Positions 26,118-36,062 of a stretch of DNA of 64,000 nt are shown here, piece after piece (the first letter of the stretch is position 1; every line of letters starts with the position of its first letter). This DNA is from an uncultured Gemmatimonadales bacterium (GTDB lineage Bacteria; Gemmatimonadota; Gemmatimonadetes; Longimicrobiales; RSA9), in assembly GCA_963708135.1 (NCBI GenBank), contig OY970192.1:3072001-3136000 (forward strand). The letters run 5' to 3'. Made by a program: the position numbers and the translations under genes. The notes under the pieces were generated by a model. It had not been told where the DNA came from. It saw only the letters and a list, made by a program, of their open reading frames with translations, and searched no databases.

Positions 26118-28385
26118 ATGCCAGAGAACCGCTTGCAGCGCGTCGCCGCACGGCGCGCGCTCCCGCTCGCGCTCGGCGCCCTCCCGGCCCTCGTCGCGCT
26201 CCTCGCGCCGCTCGCGCTTGCCACGGCCTCCGCGGCCCAGACGCCGGCGCTCGGCGCACCGAGCGCCCGTCCCGCGCCGACCGCCAGCGCGGCCACGCCG
26301 GCCGCGCTCCGGACGCCCTCGGCCGCGGACGCGGCGCAGCCGGGGCTGCCGGCGGACGCGGGGGAGGCGGGCGGCGCCGTCGTCGCCTCGGAGTCCGATC
26401 TGTTCCAGCCGCTGGACGTGTTTCAGCTCGAGTGGGCGGCGGACCCCGAGATCTCGCCGGACGGGCGGAAGGTCGTCTTCGTGCGCTCGGGCTACGACAT
26501 CATGCACGACCGGACGCGCGGCAGCCTGTGGCTCATGAACGCGGACGGCAGCGATCTGCGCGCGCTGACGAGCGGGGAGCGGAGCGCCGGCTCGCCGCGC
26601 TGGAGCCCGGACGGCTCGAGGCTCATCTACACGTCGAGCGGCGAGGGCGGGGCGCAGATCTGGCTGCGCTGGATGGACACGGGGCAGGAGACGGAGCTCA
26701 CGCACATGACGGGCGCGGGCCCGCGCGGGATCACGTGGAGCCCGGACGGGAAGTGGATCGCGTTCTCGAGCTTCGTCGCCGAGAAGGAGCCCTCGATCGT
26801 GCACATGCCGGCGATGCCGAAGGGGGCGAACTGGGGGCCGGCATGGAAGTACATCGACAAGCCGCACTATCGGCAGGACGAGGTGGGCTACCTGCCGGAC
26901 GGCTTCAACCACGTCTTCGTGCTCCCCGTCGAGGGCGGCACGCCGCGGCAGGTCACCTTCGGCGAGCACAACGACGGCACGCCGTCATGGTCGGCGGACA
27001 GCAAGGCGCTGCTCTTCTCCGCCGATCGCACGACGGCGTGGCGCTACGCCGGCTCGAACACCGAGGTCTACGAGGTCTCCCTGGCGGGCGGCGAGCCGCG
27101 CGCGCTGACGGACCGCGACGGGCCCGATGCCGACCCGGTGATGTCGCCAGACGGCAAGCAGATCGCCTGGATCGGCTACGATGACAGCATCCAGGGCTAC
27201 CAGGTCCGGCACCTGTACGTGATGAACGCGGACGGCGGCGCGAAGCGGGAGGTGAACGCCGGCTTCGACCGCAGCGTGTCGCATCCGGTGTGGAGCCGGG
27301 ACGGGCGCGGCCTGTACGTGCAGTACGACGACCACGGCGACACGAAGATCGGCTTCGTGGACCTGAAGAGCGACGACGTGCGCAAGCTGGCCGACCACGT
27401 GGGCGGCCTGGACATCGGCCGGCCGTACTCCGGTGGCAGCTATTCGGTCTCGCCCGCGGGCATCTACGCGTTCACGCACGGCCTGCCGGACCACCCGGCG
27501 GACGTGGCCGTGGGGCGCGCCGGCCAGGCGGCCACCCGCCTCACCGAGCTCAACAGCGACCTGTTCGGCCACAAGACGCTCGCGCAGGTCGAGGAGTTCA
27601 CCGTCAAGTCGAGCTATGACGGCAAGGAGATTCAGGGCTGGATCATGAAGCCGCCGCACTTCGACGGCTCGAAGAAGTACCCGCTCATCCTCGAGATCCA
27701 CGGCGGCCCGTACGCCAACTACGGCGACCGCTTCAGCGCGGAGGACCAGCTCTACGCCGCGGACGGCAACGTCGTCATCTACCTGAATCCGCGCGGCAGC
27801 ACGAGTTACGGCGAGGCGTTCGGCAACATCATCCACCTCGACTACCCCGACCACGACTACGACGACCTCATGTCCGGCGTCGACTACGTGGTGAAGCAGG
27901 GCTACGTCGACCCGACCCACCTCTACGTCACCGGCGGCAGCGGCGGCGGCGTGCTCACGGCCTGGATCGTCGGCCACACGGACCGCTTCCGGGCGGCCGT
28001 CGTCGAGAAGCCGGTCATCAACTGGTACAGCTTCGTGCTGACCGCGGACGGCGCGCTCCACTTCGGCAAGTACTGGATGCCGGGGCTGCCGTGGGAGCCG
28101 GGCAACCTCGAGAAGTACATGGCGCGCTCGCCGATCACGTACGTGGGCAACGTCAAGACGCCGACGATGGTGATGACGGGCGAGGAGGACTACCGGACGC
28201 CGAACGAGCAGGCGGAGCAGTTCTACGAGGCGCTGCAGCTGAGGAAGATCCCGTCCGCCATGGTGCGAATCCCGGATGCCGGCCACGACATCGCGAGAAA
28301 GCCGAGCAACCTCGTCGAGAAGGCACTCTACGCGCTGGCGTGGTTCCACAAGTACGGCGGCGAGAGCGCGACCGCGACGCAATAG
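26118..28385 (+). CDS. S9 family peptidase (acylaminoacyl/dipeptidyl type)
   Basis: WSPDG propeller repeats, IHGGP, GGSGGG nucleophile and catalytic Asp/His region. Confidence 0.93.
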   Translation: MPENRLQRVAARRALPLALGALPALVALLAPLALATASAAQTPALGAPSARPAPTASAATPAALRTPSAADAAQPGLPADAGEAGGAVVASESDLFQPLDVFQLEWAADPEISPDGRKVVFVRSGYDIMHDRTRGSLWLMNADGSDLRALTSGERSAGSPRWSPDGSRLIYTSSGEGGAQIWLRWMDTGQETELTHMTGAGPRGITWSPDGKWIAFSSFVAEKEPSIVHMPAMPKGANWGPAWKYIDKPHYRQDEVGYLPDGFNHVFVLPVEGGTPRQVTFGEHNDGTPSWSADSKALLFSADRTTAWRYAGSNTEVYEVSLAGGEPRALTDRDGPDADPVMSPDGKQIAWIGYDDSIQGYQVRHLYVMNADGGAKREVNAGFDRSVSHPVWSRDGRGLYVQYDDHGDTKIGFVDLKSDDVRKLADHVGGLDIGRPYSGGSYSVSPAGIYAFTHGLPDHPADVAVGRAGQAATRLTELNSDLFGHKTLAQVEEFTVKSSYDGKEIQGWIMKPPHFDGSKKYPLILEIHGGPYANYGDRFSAEDQLYAADGNVVIYLNPRGSTSYGEAFGNIIHLDYPDHDYDDLMSGVDYVVKQGYVDPTHLYVTGGSGGGVLTAWIVGHTDRFRAAVVEKPVINWYSFVLTADGALHFGKYWMPGLPWEPGNLEKYMARSPITYVGNVKTPTMVMTGEEDYRTPNEQAEQFYEALQLRKIPSAMVRIPDAGHDIARKPSNLVEKALYALAWFHKYGGESATATQ

Positions 28386-28466
28386 GCGGACGGGAGATCG
28401 CGGAGGCGGCAGGATGCCGGCGGCCGCGAGACCGCAGGGCCGGCGCGGACCGGCGGTCCGGGCGCC

Positions 28467-31175
28467 TTACTCCGCTCGCAGCGCCTCCATCGGGTCCACG
28501 CGCGTGGCGCGGCGGGCGGGGAGCCACGCCGCGAGCGCGGCCACCCCGAGGAGCACGGCGGCAGCGAGCGCGAACGTGCCCGGGTCCGTGGGAGCCACGT
28601 CGTAGAGGAAGCTCCGGAGCGCCCGCGCTCCTCCCCATGCGGCGGCGCCCCCGGCCAGGGCCCCCAGGGCAGCGGGAATGAGCCCGCCGCGCACCACCAG
28701 CGCCACGACCTGGCCCGGTTCGGCCCCGAGGGCGATCCGGAGTCCCAGCTCCGGGGTCCTGCGGGTCACGGCGTAGGACACGACGGCCCAGACGCCCATG
28801 CATGCCATGAGCAGCGCGAGCGCGGCGAACGCGGCGAGGAGGGCGCCGAGCACGCGGGTGTCGGCGGTGGCCGTCGCCTCCCACTGCGCGTCGGTGGTCA
28901 CGTCGTGGATCGGGATGCCCGGGTCGATGGCGGCGAGCGCCGCACGGGCGCTCAGAATGGCGCTCAGCGGCTCGCCGCGGGTCCGCGCGACGATCCGGCC
29001 TGCGCCGGGCTCCTGGCGCTGCTCGACGTACGCGTCCGCCATCACGCCGTTCTCGGGCCGATCGTAGAGCACATCGCCCACCACCCCGATGACCTCGGCG
29101 GTGGCGCCGCGGTCCGCCGGTGTTAGGTCGAGGCCGAGCGCCACCGGGCTGCCCAGAGCGTGGCCCTCGGGGAAGAGCTCGCGCGCGGCCGTCTCGCTCA
29201 GCACGACCACCGGCGGGGAGCCCTTCCGGTCACGGGGGCCGAAGGTGCGGCCACGGCGGAGTGGGACGCCGAGCGTGCGGAAGAACTCATCGCTCACGTA
29301 GTTGACGCCGATGCGCGGCCGGCTCCCCTCGTCCCACGTGCGCCCCCCGGCCCGACGCACGCCGGTGATCACGCAGTGTCCGCCGAGCGGCGCGACGCAG
29401 GTCACCGCGGCCGACCGGATGTCCGGTAGTGCCCGGAGCCACTCGAGGTAGCGCTCGTTGAAGCCCGCGACGTCGCCCGCCCAGCGGCTCGTCCCGGGGA
29501 TGTCGAAGGCGAACGTCACGAGATTGCCGGAACGGTAGCCGCGGTCAACCGACTGGAGCTGGCGGAGCGAGCGCAGCAGGAGGCCCGCGCCCACGAGCAG
29601 CACCAGCGCGAGGGCGACCTCCACGGCCACGAGGCCGCCGCGCAGGTCCACACCCCGCCGCCCCCGCCATTCCCCGCCGGCGCCGGCGCGCAGCTGAATG
29701 GCGGGACTCACCTGGCTCGCCGCCAGCGCCGGCAGCGCGCCAAGCAGAAGCGCCGTCAGCAGCGCGACGAACAGTGCGAATGCGACGACGCGGCCGTCCA
29801 CGCTCACGGCGCCGAGATCGAGCCCGCGGACGCTCCAGCTCCCGTTCAGGAAGCGTGCGGGCCACGCGGCGGCGAGAGCGCGCGCGCCCCAGCGCGCCAG
29901 GAGCAGCGCCGCGCCCGCTCCGGCCAGTGAGAGCGCGAGCGCCTCCAGGAGGAAGCCGCGGGCCACGCGCCAGCGGCCCGCGCCGAGCGCCACGCGCACG
30001 GCCGACTCTCGCGCCCGCCCGCTGGCGCGGGCGAGCAGGAGGGCGGCGAGGTTGGCGCAGGCGGCGAGCAGCAGGAGCGCGGCCGCGGCGCTCAGCACGA
30101 GTACCGTCCGGCGCGCCTTCGGGTTCACGCGAGCCGCGACGTAGCTCTCCGCAGCCGCCCCCTGCACCAGGGTGGGATCGCCCGCCGGGGCTGCCTCGTC
30201 GATCGCCCGCCCCAGCGCCGCCATGGGCGCGCCGGCGGAGGCGAGCGATGCGCCCGGCGCGAGCCGCCCCACGACCCGCAGCCAGTGGATGCCCCCCAAG
30301 CGGGTGAGCGCCGGCGCGATGAGCGCGGCGCCGGCGCGGACGGGGAGGAACAGCCGGGCGCGGCCGCCCAGCCCGCGGAACCCCGGGGGCGCCACGCCGA
30401 CCACCGTGACCGGGCGCCCGTCCACCGTGACCACGCGCCCCGCCACCGCCGGGTCGGCGCCGAACCGCTCTCGCCAGAGGGAATGCTCCAGGATGGCGAC
30501 GGGTGCGGCCCCCTCGGCGTCGTCCGCCGGCGCGAAGCCCCGCCCCAGGGCCGGCGCGACCCCGAGGACCCGCAGGTACCCCGGCGTGACCAGCTCCACC
30601 GGCAAGTAGGCCGCCTCCCCGACCCCGAAGAGGGTCACCGAGCGCTCCCCGTAGGCCGCCGAGCCCACGAGCGGCAGCGCCCGGCCGGCGGCCAGGATCT
30701 CGTAGTCGGAATAGGACCACGGGATCGAGCGGGGCGGCGCCGGCCGGACGCGCGAGGATTCCGTGAGGTCGAGGAGCACGAGGCGGTCCGCGTCCCGGTA
30801 CGGGGGCGGCGCGAGGAGCGTCGCCTCGAGCGCCGCGAACACGGAGGCGTTCGCCCCGATCCCGAGCGCCAGTACGGCGAGGGCCGCCAGCGCCAACCCG
30901 GGCGTGCGCCGGAGCCCGCGCAGCGCGAACCGCGCGTCCTGTACCAGCGCCTCCCACCACCCCAGCCCCCACGCGTCGCGCATCCCGTCCTTCAACCAGG
31001 CGACGTTGCCGAACGCACGCTCCGCCGCCCGCCTCGCCTCCTCGGGCCCGAGACCCCGCGCCAGGTTGCGCTCCGTCTCCCGGTCCAGATGATAGCGGAG
31101 CTCCTCGTCCAGCTCCGCCTCCGCGCGGCCGCGCAGCAGAAGCGCCCGCAGCCAGACCGCCATGCGTCTCCACAT
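28467..31175 (-). CDS. ABC transporter permease (duplicated MacB/FtsX, ADOP-type)
   Basis: LALGIGAN, ACANLA, RIALGA and PARRATRVDPMEALRAE motifs. Confidence 0.92.
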   Translation of the reverse strand: MWRRMAVWLRALLLRGRAEAELDEELRYHLDRETERNLARGLGPEEARRAAERAFGNVAWLKDGMRDAWGLGWWEALVQDARFALRGLRRTPGLALAALAVLALGIGANASVFAALEATLLAPPPYRDADRLVLLDLTESSRVRPAPPRSIPWSYSDYEILAAGRALPLVGSAAYGERSVTLFGVGEAAYLPVELVTPGYLRVLGVAPALGRGFAPADDAEGAAPVAILEHSLWRERFGADPAVAGRVVTVDGRPVTVVGVAPPGFRGLGGRARLFLPVRAGAALIAPALTRLGGIHWLRVVGRLAPGASLASAGAPMAALGRAIDEAAPAGDPTLVQGAAAESYVAARVNPKARRTVLVLSAAAALLLLAACANLAALLLARASGRARESAVRVALGAGRWRVARGFLLEALALSLAGAGAALLLARWGARALAAAWPARFLNGSWSVRGLDLGAVSVDGRVVAFALFVALLTALLLGALPALAASQVSPAIQLRAGAGGEWRGRRGVDLRGGLVAVEVALALVLLVGAGLLLRSLRQLQSVDRGYRSGNLVTFAFDIPGTSRWAGDVAGFNERYLEWLRALPDIRSAAVTCVAPLGGHCVITGVRRAGGRTWDEGSRPRIGVNYVSDEFFRTLGVPLRRGRTFGPRDRKGSPPVVVLSETAARELFPEGHALGSPVALGLDLTPADRGATAEVIGVVGDVLYDRPENGVMADAYVEQRQEPGAGRIVARTRGEPLSAILSARAALAAIDPGIPIHDVTTDAQWEATATADTRVLGALLAAFAALALLMACMGVWAVVSYAVTRRTPELGLRIALGAEPGQVVALVVRGGLIPAALGALAGGAAAWGGARALRSFLYDVAPTDPGTFALAAAVLLGVAALAAWLPARRATRVDPMEALRAE

Positions 31176-31576
31176 CAGCCGCTCCCCAGGATCAGCCCCA
31201 GCGCCTCCGAGAACCGCTCCCATGACGCCCGCTCCAGCTCCAGCTGCTGGAGCCCCGCCTTCGTCAACTCGTAGTAGCGCGCCCGCCGGTTGTTCTCCGA
31301 CCGACGCCACTCCGCACGGACGTAGCCGCGCGCCTCGAGCCGCCGCAGCGCCGGGTACACCGACCCGTAGTTCACGTCCAGGATCCCCCGCGACACCACC
31401 TGGATCGACTGCACCAGGTCCCACCCGTTCGCCGCCCCCGCCCGCAGCAGCTTCAGCACGATCAGGTCGAGCGTCCCCTGGAGCAGCTCCGCTTTTTCCT
31501 CGCCCACTGCCTCCGCCTTTCCCTCCTGGCGGCCGTGCTGTCTGCCCCGCGCGCCGGCCCGCGCCCCCTTGACCAT
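31175..31576 (-). CDS. PadR-family transcriptional regulator
   Basis: LLQGTLDLIVL...GSVYPALRRLE...ENNRRARYY; TGATG overlap with the permease. Confidence 0.92.
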   Translation of the reverse strand: MVKGARAGARGRQHGRQEGKAEAVGEEKAELLQGTLDLIVLKLLRAGAANGWDLVQSIQVVSRGILDVNYGSVYPALRRLEARGYVRAEWRRSENNRRARYYELTKAGLQQLELERASWERFSEALGLILGSG

Positions 31577-31796
31577 CCAACAGGAAGTTGCCGCGCGACC
31601 TATTGGATGTCAATAGGAAGAGAGGCGTGCGTCGACGCCCGGGAACCCTATATTTCGGGCGCTGCCGCTACGCGGCCCCGGGGACCTCCGCGTCTCCGCG
31701 AGAGACGATCCCGAGACGAGCCGACCGCGCGCCACGAAGGCCGAGCGACCGCCGACGAGGCGCCACCCCGGACACCCTCGAACGGACTCCGAAGCG

Positions 31797-33233
31797 ATGA
31801 ACCGACACCCAGCGCTCTCGACCCTCGCCCTGGCCACAACCGCCCTCCTCGGCGCCCTCCCCCTCGCCGCGCAGCGCCCGAGGCTGTCGCCGCCGGTGCG
31901 GGCGTTCGCGCGCGTGGACACGCCCGTCGTCGCACTCACGCACGTGCGGGTGATCGACGGGACGGGGGCGCCGGCGCGCGACGACCAGACGGTGGTGATC
32001 CGGGAGGGGCGGATCGCGGCGGTGGGGCCGCAGGCGACGACGCCCGTGCCGGCGGGCGCCGCGGTCCTCGACCTCTCCGGGCGCAGCGTGATGCCGGGGC
32101 TCGTCATGCTGCACGAGCACCTGTTCTATCCGACGGGGCCGGGCGTCTACGGCAACGAGGCCATGAGCTTCACGCGGCTGTACCTGGCGGGCGGCGTCAC
32201 GTCGATGCGGACGACCGGCAACATGAACGGCTACGGCGACATCGGGGTGAAGCAGGCCATTGACGAGGGCAAGCTGCCGGGCCCGTGGATCGATGCGACG
32301 GGGCCGTACCTGGAGGGACCGGGGCTGGGGCTGCCGCAGGTGCACGCGCTGAAGGACGCGGCGGACGCGCGTCGCATGGTGGACTTCTGGGCGGACGCGG
32401 GCGCGACGTCGTTCAAGGCGTACATGCACGTCACGCGGGCCGAGCTCGGGGCGGCCATCAAGGAGGCGCACAGCCGCGGGCTGAAGGTCACGGGCCACCT
32501 CTGCTCCGTGACCTACCGGGAGGCGGCGGCGCTCGGCATCGACGACCTCGAGCACGGCTTCTTCGTCGCGACGGACTTCGTGCCGGACAAGAAGCCGGAC
32601 GTCTGCCCGGGGCAGGCGGAGGGGATGAAGGCGCTCGCCGCCACGGATCCGGATGGCGACGCCGCGCGCTCGCTGATCCGCGACCTCGTCCAGCACCACG
32701 TGGCCGTCACGTCCACGCTCACGGTGTTCGAGACCTTCACGCCCGGCCGTCCCGAGCCGCCGGGGCTGGAGGTGCTCGATCCGATCCTGCGCGAGCGCTT
32801 CGAGCAGGGGCGGGCGCGCGTGAACGCGCAGGAGACTTCGATCTACCCGAAGCTGCTGAAGCAGGACATGGCCATGGAGCACGCGTTCGCGAAGGCGGGC
32901 GGGCTCCTCGTCGCCGGGACGGACCCGACGGGCTTCGGCGGCGTGATCCCGGGCTTCTCCGACCAGCGCGAGCTGGAGCTGCTGGTCGAGGCCGGCTTCA
33001 CGCCGCTCGAGGCGATCCGCATCTGCACGCTCAACGGCGCCACCTACCTCGGACGCGCGGACCGCGCGGGCTCGATCGCGGCGGGGAAGCAGGCGGACCT
33101 GGTGGTCGTGCGCGGCGATCCGGCCACGAACATCTCGGACGTGCGCAACGTCGAGATCGTGTTCAGGCAGGGCGTGGGCTACGATCCTCACAAGCTGATC
33201 GATTCGGTGAAGGGGCAGGTGGGGCTGTACTGA
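31797..33233 (+). CDS. Amidohydrolase family protein
   Basis: MPGLVMLHEH, AGTD, GSIAAGKQADLVV. Confidence 0.92.
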   Translation: MNRHPALSTLALATTALLGALPLAAQRPRLSPPVRAFARVDTPVVALTHVRVIDGTGAPARDDQTVVIREGRIAAVGPQATTPVPAGAAVLDLSGRSVMPGLVMLHEHLFYPTGPGVYGNEAMSFTRLYLAGGVTSMRTTGNMNGYGDIGVKQAIDEGKLPGPWIDATGPYLEGPGLGLPQVHALKDAADARRMVDFWADAGATSFKAYMHVTRAELGAAIKEAHSRGLKVTGHLCSVTYREAAALGIDDLEHGFFVATDFVPDKKPDVCPGQAEGMKALAATDPDGDAARSLIRDLVQHHVAVTSTLTVFETFTPGRPEPPGLEVLDPILRERFEQGRARVNAQETSIYPKLLKQDMAMEHAFAKAGGLLVAGTDPTGFGGVIPGFSDQRELELLVEAGFTPLEAIRICTLNGATYLGRADRAGSIAAGKQADLVVVRGDPATNISDVRNVEIVFRQGVGYDPHKLIDSVKGQVGLY

Positions 33234-33234
33234 C

Positions 33235-33300
33235 GCAAACGCAAGCGCAAGGGCAAGGGCAAGGGCAAGCGCGAGGGCAAGGGCAAGCGCAAGCGCAAAC
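33235..33300 (+). repeat. Degenerate hexamer microsatellite GCAAG(G/C), about 11 copies
   Basis: Seen directly, intergenic. Confidence 0.85.
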
Positions 33301-33314
33301 CGAGGGGAAGGCGA

Positions 33315-34121
33315 ATGACGACAGTCTTCTGGCCTGAATTCGGTGTCCTGTTTGCTGCAACGCTCCTCGGCGGCGCGGCGGTGCTGCCCTACGTCATGAA
33401 GCTTCTGGGGAAGCCTGGACAGGAGAAGCGGCCCAGGCTCTCGGTTCCAACGCTCGTGCTGCTGTCGTTCCTCCAGACCGCCGTGCTCTCTGCGGTCGCC
33501 GTCGGAGTCGGACTGCTCGCTGCGCATGCGATCGGACTCGGCGCTCCGTATCTCGAGGCGGGCCTCGCTGGGGCGAGTGTGCAGGGGATCGCGAACATGG
33601 CGACGGTCGCCGGCCTTACAGGCACGCTCGCCGGAGTCGTCCTCCTGGGCGCCGACCTGCTCTTCCTGCCCTACTGGCCGCAAGCGCTTCTCGAGGCAAC
33701 GCGCCGCGCCACGGTGCGTGACAACTTCCTCGCTTCGTTCTATGGCGGGATCAACGAAGAGATCCTGATGCGTCTCTTCGGGCTCTCGGGCCTCGCGTGG
33801 CTCCTGGCTTTCGTCTGGCATGGTCCGGCGGGCGCTCCGACGACTGCCGGCTTGTGGCTCGTGAACATCGTCATGGCGATCGTGTTCGGCATCGGACACT
33901 TGCCGGCGTTGAAGAACATTCTCGGCAAGATCCCGCCCCTGATGGTGACGCGGACTCTGCTTCTCAATGCTCCAGTTGGACTCCTGTGCGGTTGGCTGTT
34001 CTGGACCTATGGGCTCGAAGCGGCGATGATCGCGCATTTTTCAGCGGACATTGTATATCACGTCTTCGGGACCGTACTGCTCGACCGCCGCCCGTTGCCG
34101 TCGCCGGCCGGGCAAGGCTAG
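33315..34121 (+). CDS. CPBP (Abi/CAAX) intramembrane metalloprotease
   Basis: EEILMR, FGIGH and AAMIAH motifs. Confidence 0.88.
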   Translation: MTTVFWPEFGVLFAATLLGGAAVLPYVMKLLGKPGQEKRPRLSVPTLVLLSFLQTAVLSAVAVGVGLLAAHAIGLGAPYLEAGLAGASVQGIANMATVAGLTGTLAGVVLLGADLLFLPYWPQALLEATRRATVRDNFLASFYGGINEEILMRLFGLSGLAWLLAFVWHGPAGAPTTAGLWLVNIVMAIVFGIGHLPALKNILGKIPPLMVTRTLLLNAPVGLLCGWLFWTYGLEAAMIAHFSADIVYHVFGTVLLDRRPLPSPAGQG

Positions 34122-34283
34122 AGTGCAGGGCCCGCCGCCGCGCGGGGTCGGCGGACTGGGCGGCCTCACCGTCGCCTGCTGGGTCCATGTCGTCGGTTAC
34201 GGTCTCGGTGCGGGGCCGGCTTGCGCCGCGTCGGCCGACGCCGAGATTGACAGACCCACATCCACCTCCCCGGAGTCCCGCAG

Positions 34284-35939
34284 ATGGAACCCAGCAACCC
34301 GACGACGCGGTGGCCCAGCGCCGCGCTCGGCCTCGCGGCCACGCTCGCGGTCTTCCTCGCCGGGTGCGGCCACGAGGCGCCGTCCGCCGGGTCGCTCGAG
34401 ACCGCCACGCCGATCAAGCATCTCGTGGTGATCTACGGCGAGAACATCTCCTTCGACCACTACTTCGGCACCTACCCGAAGGCGACGAACCCGCCTGGCG
34501 AGCCGGCGTTCACGGCGCTGCCCGGTACGCCGCGCGTGAACGGGCTCACGGATTCGCTGCTCACGCACAACCCGAACGCGATGAATCCCGCCAACGGAAC
34601 GGCGGCCACCGGCCCGTTCCGCATCGACCGCTCGCAGGCGGCCACCTCCGACCAGTCGCACGACTACACGCTCGAGCAGATGGCCTACGACGCCGGCCGG
34701 GCCGACCTGTTCCCGGACTACACGGGGCGCGGCATGGCGGGCGGCACGGGCGCGTTCTCGACGCCGGGGATGGTGATGGGCTACTTCGACGGCAACACGG
34801 TCACGGCGCTCTGGGGCTACGCGCAGCATTTCGCGATGAGCGACAACGCGTACGGCGACCAGTACGGCCCCTCGACGCCGGGCGCGCTGAACCTCATCGC
34901 GGGACAGACGAACGGGGTCGAGGTGGTCCAGGGCAGCGGGACCTGGTACTTCGTGCCGGACGGGCAGGGCGGAAAGACGATGACCGGCGACGTCGATCCT
35001 GCCGGCGACATCTGCTCCGACACCGCCAACACGGTCCGTATGGCCGGGCGCAACATCGGCGACCTGCTCTCGGCCGCGCACGTGAGCTGGGGATGGTTCG
35101 AGGGTGGCTTCGACACCACGATCGCGGGCAACGGCGACGGCAACGGCTGCCGCCGCCGAACGTTCTCCGCGGTGGTCAATGCGGCGCCGCCGGACTACAT
35201 CCCGCACCACCAGCCGTTCCAGTACTACGGCTCCACCGCCAACCCGACGCACGCGCGGCCCACGTCCGTGGCCATGATCGGCCACAATGGCGACGCCGCC
35301 AACCACCAGTACGGGCTGCACGATTTCTTCGATGCCGTGAAGGCCGGCAACTTCCCGGCGGTGACCTACCTCAAGGCCTCCGCCTACCAGGACGGCCACG
35401 CCGGCTACTCGGATCCGCTCGACGAGCAGACCTTCCTCGTGCAAACGGTGAACTTCCTGATGCAGCGCCCGGAGTGGAAGAGCACGGCCGTCATCATCCT
35501 CTACGACGACTCGGACGGCTGGTACGACCACCAGATGGCGCCCGTCGGCAACGCCTCCTTCGACCCGAAGGCCGACCGCCTCACGGCGCTGGGCGCGTGC
35601 GGCGAGCGTGGCAGGACGCCGCAGCTCCCCGGCGTCGCCGCGACGGGGCCCGTGAACGGCCGCTGCGGCCCGGGCACGAGGCAGCCGTTCCTGGTCGTGT
35701 CGCCGTGGGCGAAGCGGAACTACGTCGATCACACGCTGCTCACCCAGTCGTCCGTGCTCCGCTTCGTCGAGGACAACTGGCTCCACGGCCAGCGGCTGGG
35801 CGGCGGGTCGTTCGACGCCACCGCCAACCCGATCGACGAGCTGTTCGACTTCAGCGGCGGGGGAAACGCGCCCGCGCTATTCCTGGACGACACGCTCGGC
35901 ACGCCCGTGGCCACGCCGTCCGGGAAGCTGCCGCAGTGA
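34284..35939 (+). CDS. Phosphoesterase / phospholipase C (AcpA-like) lipoprotein
   Basis: IKHLVVIYGENISFDHYFG, GPSTPGA, YDDSDGWYDH; LAGC lipobox. Confidence 0.9.
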   Translation: MEPSNPTTRWPSAALGLAATLAVFLAGCGHEAPSAGSLETATPIKHLVVIYGENISFDHYFGTYPKATNPPGEPAFTALPGTPRVNGLTDSLLTHNPNAMNPANGTAATGPFRIDRSQAATSDQSHDYTLEQMAYDAGRADLFPDYTGRGMAGGTGAFSTPGMVMGYFDGNTVTALWGYAQHFAMSDNAYGDQYGPSTPGALNLIAGQTNGVEVVQGSGTWYFVPDGQGGKTMTGDVDPAGDICSDTANTVRMAGRNIGDLLSAAHVSWGWFEGGFDTTIAGNGDGNGCRRRTFSAVVNAAPPDYIPHHQPFQYYGSTANPTHARPTSVAMIGHNGDAANHQYGLHDFFDAVKAGNFPAVTYLKASAYQDGHAGYSDPLDEQTFLVQTVNFLMQRPEWKSTAVIILYDDSDGWYDHQMAPVGNASFDPKADRLTALGACGERGRTPQLPGVAATGPVNGRCGPGTRQPFLVVSPWAKRNYVDHTLLTQSSVLRFVEDNWLHGQRLGGGSFDATANPIDELFDFSGGGNAPALFLDDTLGTPVATPSGKLPQ

Positions 35940-35954
35940 TGTGAGGGGGGTAGT

Positions 35955-36002
35955 GGTTTTGGTTTTGGTTTTGGTTTTGGTTTTGGTTTTGGTTTTGGTT
36001 TT
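35955..36002 (+). repeat. (GGTTTT)8 microsatellite
   Basis: Seen directly. Confidence 0.95.
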
Positions 36003-36062
36003 GGGGAATGGATTTTCCTGCCGGCGACGAGGCGGCCGGGGGGGGGCCTGGTTGCCATAATC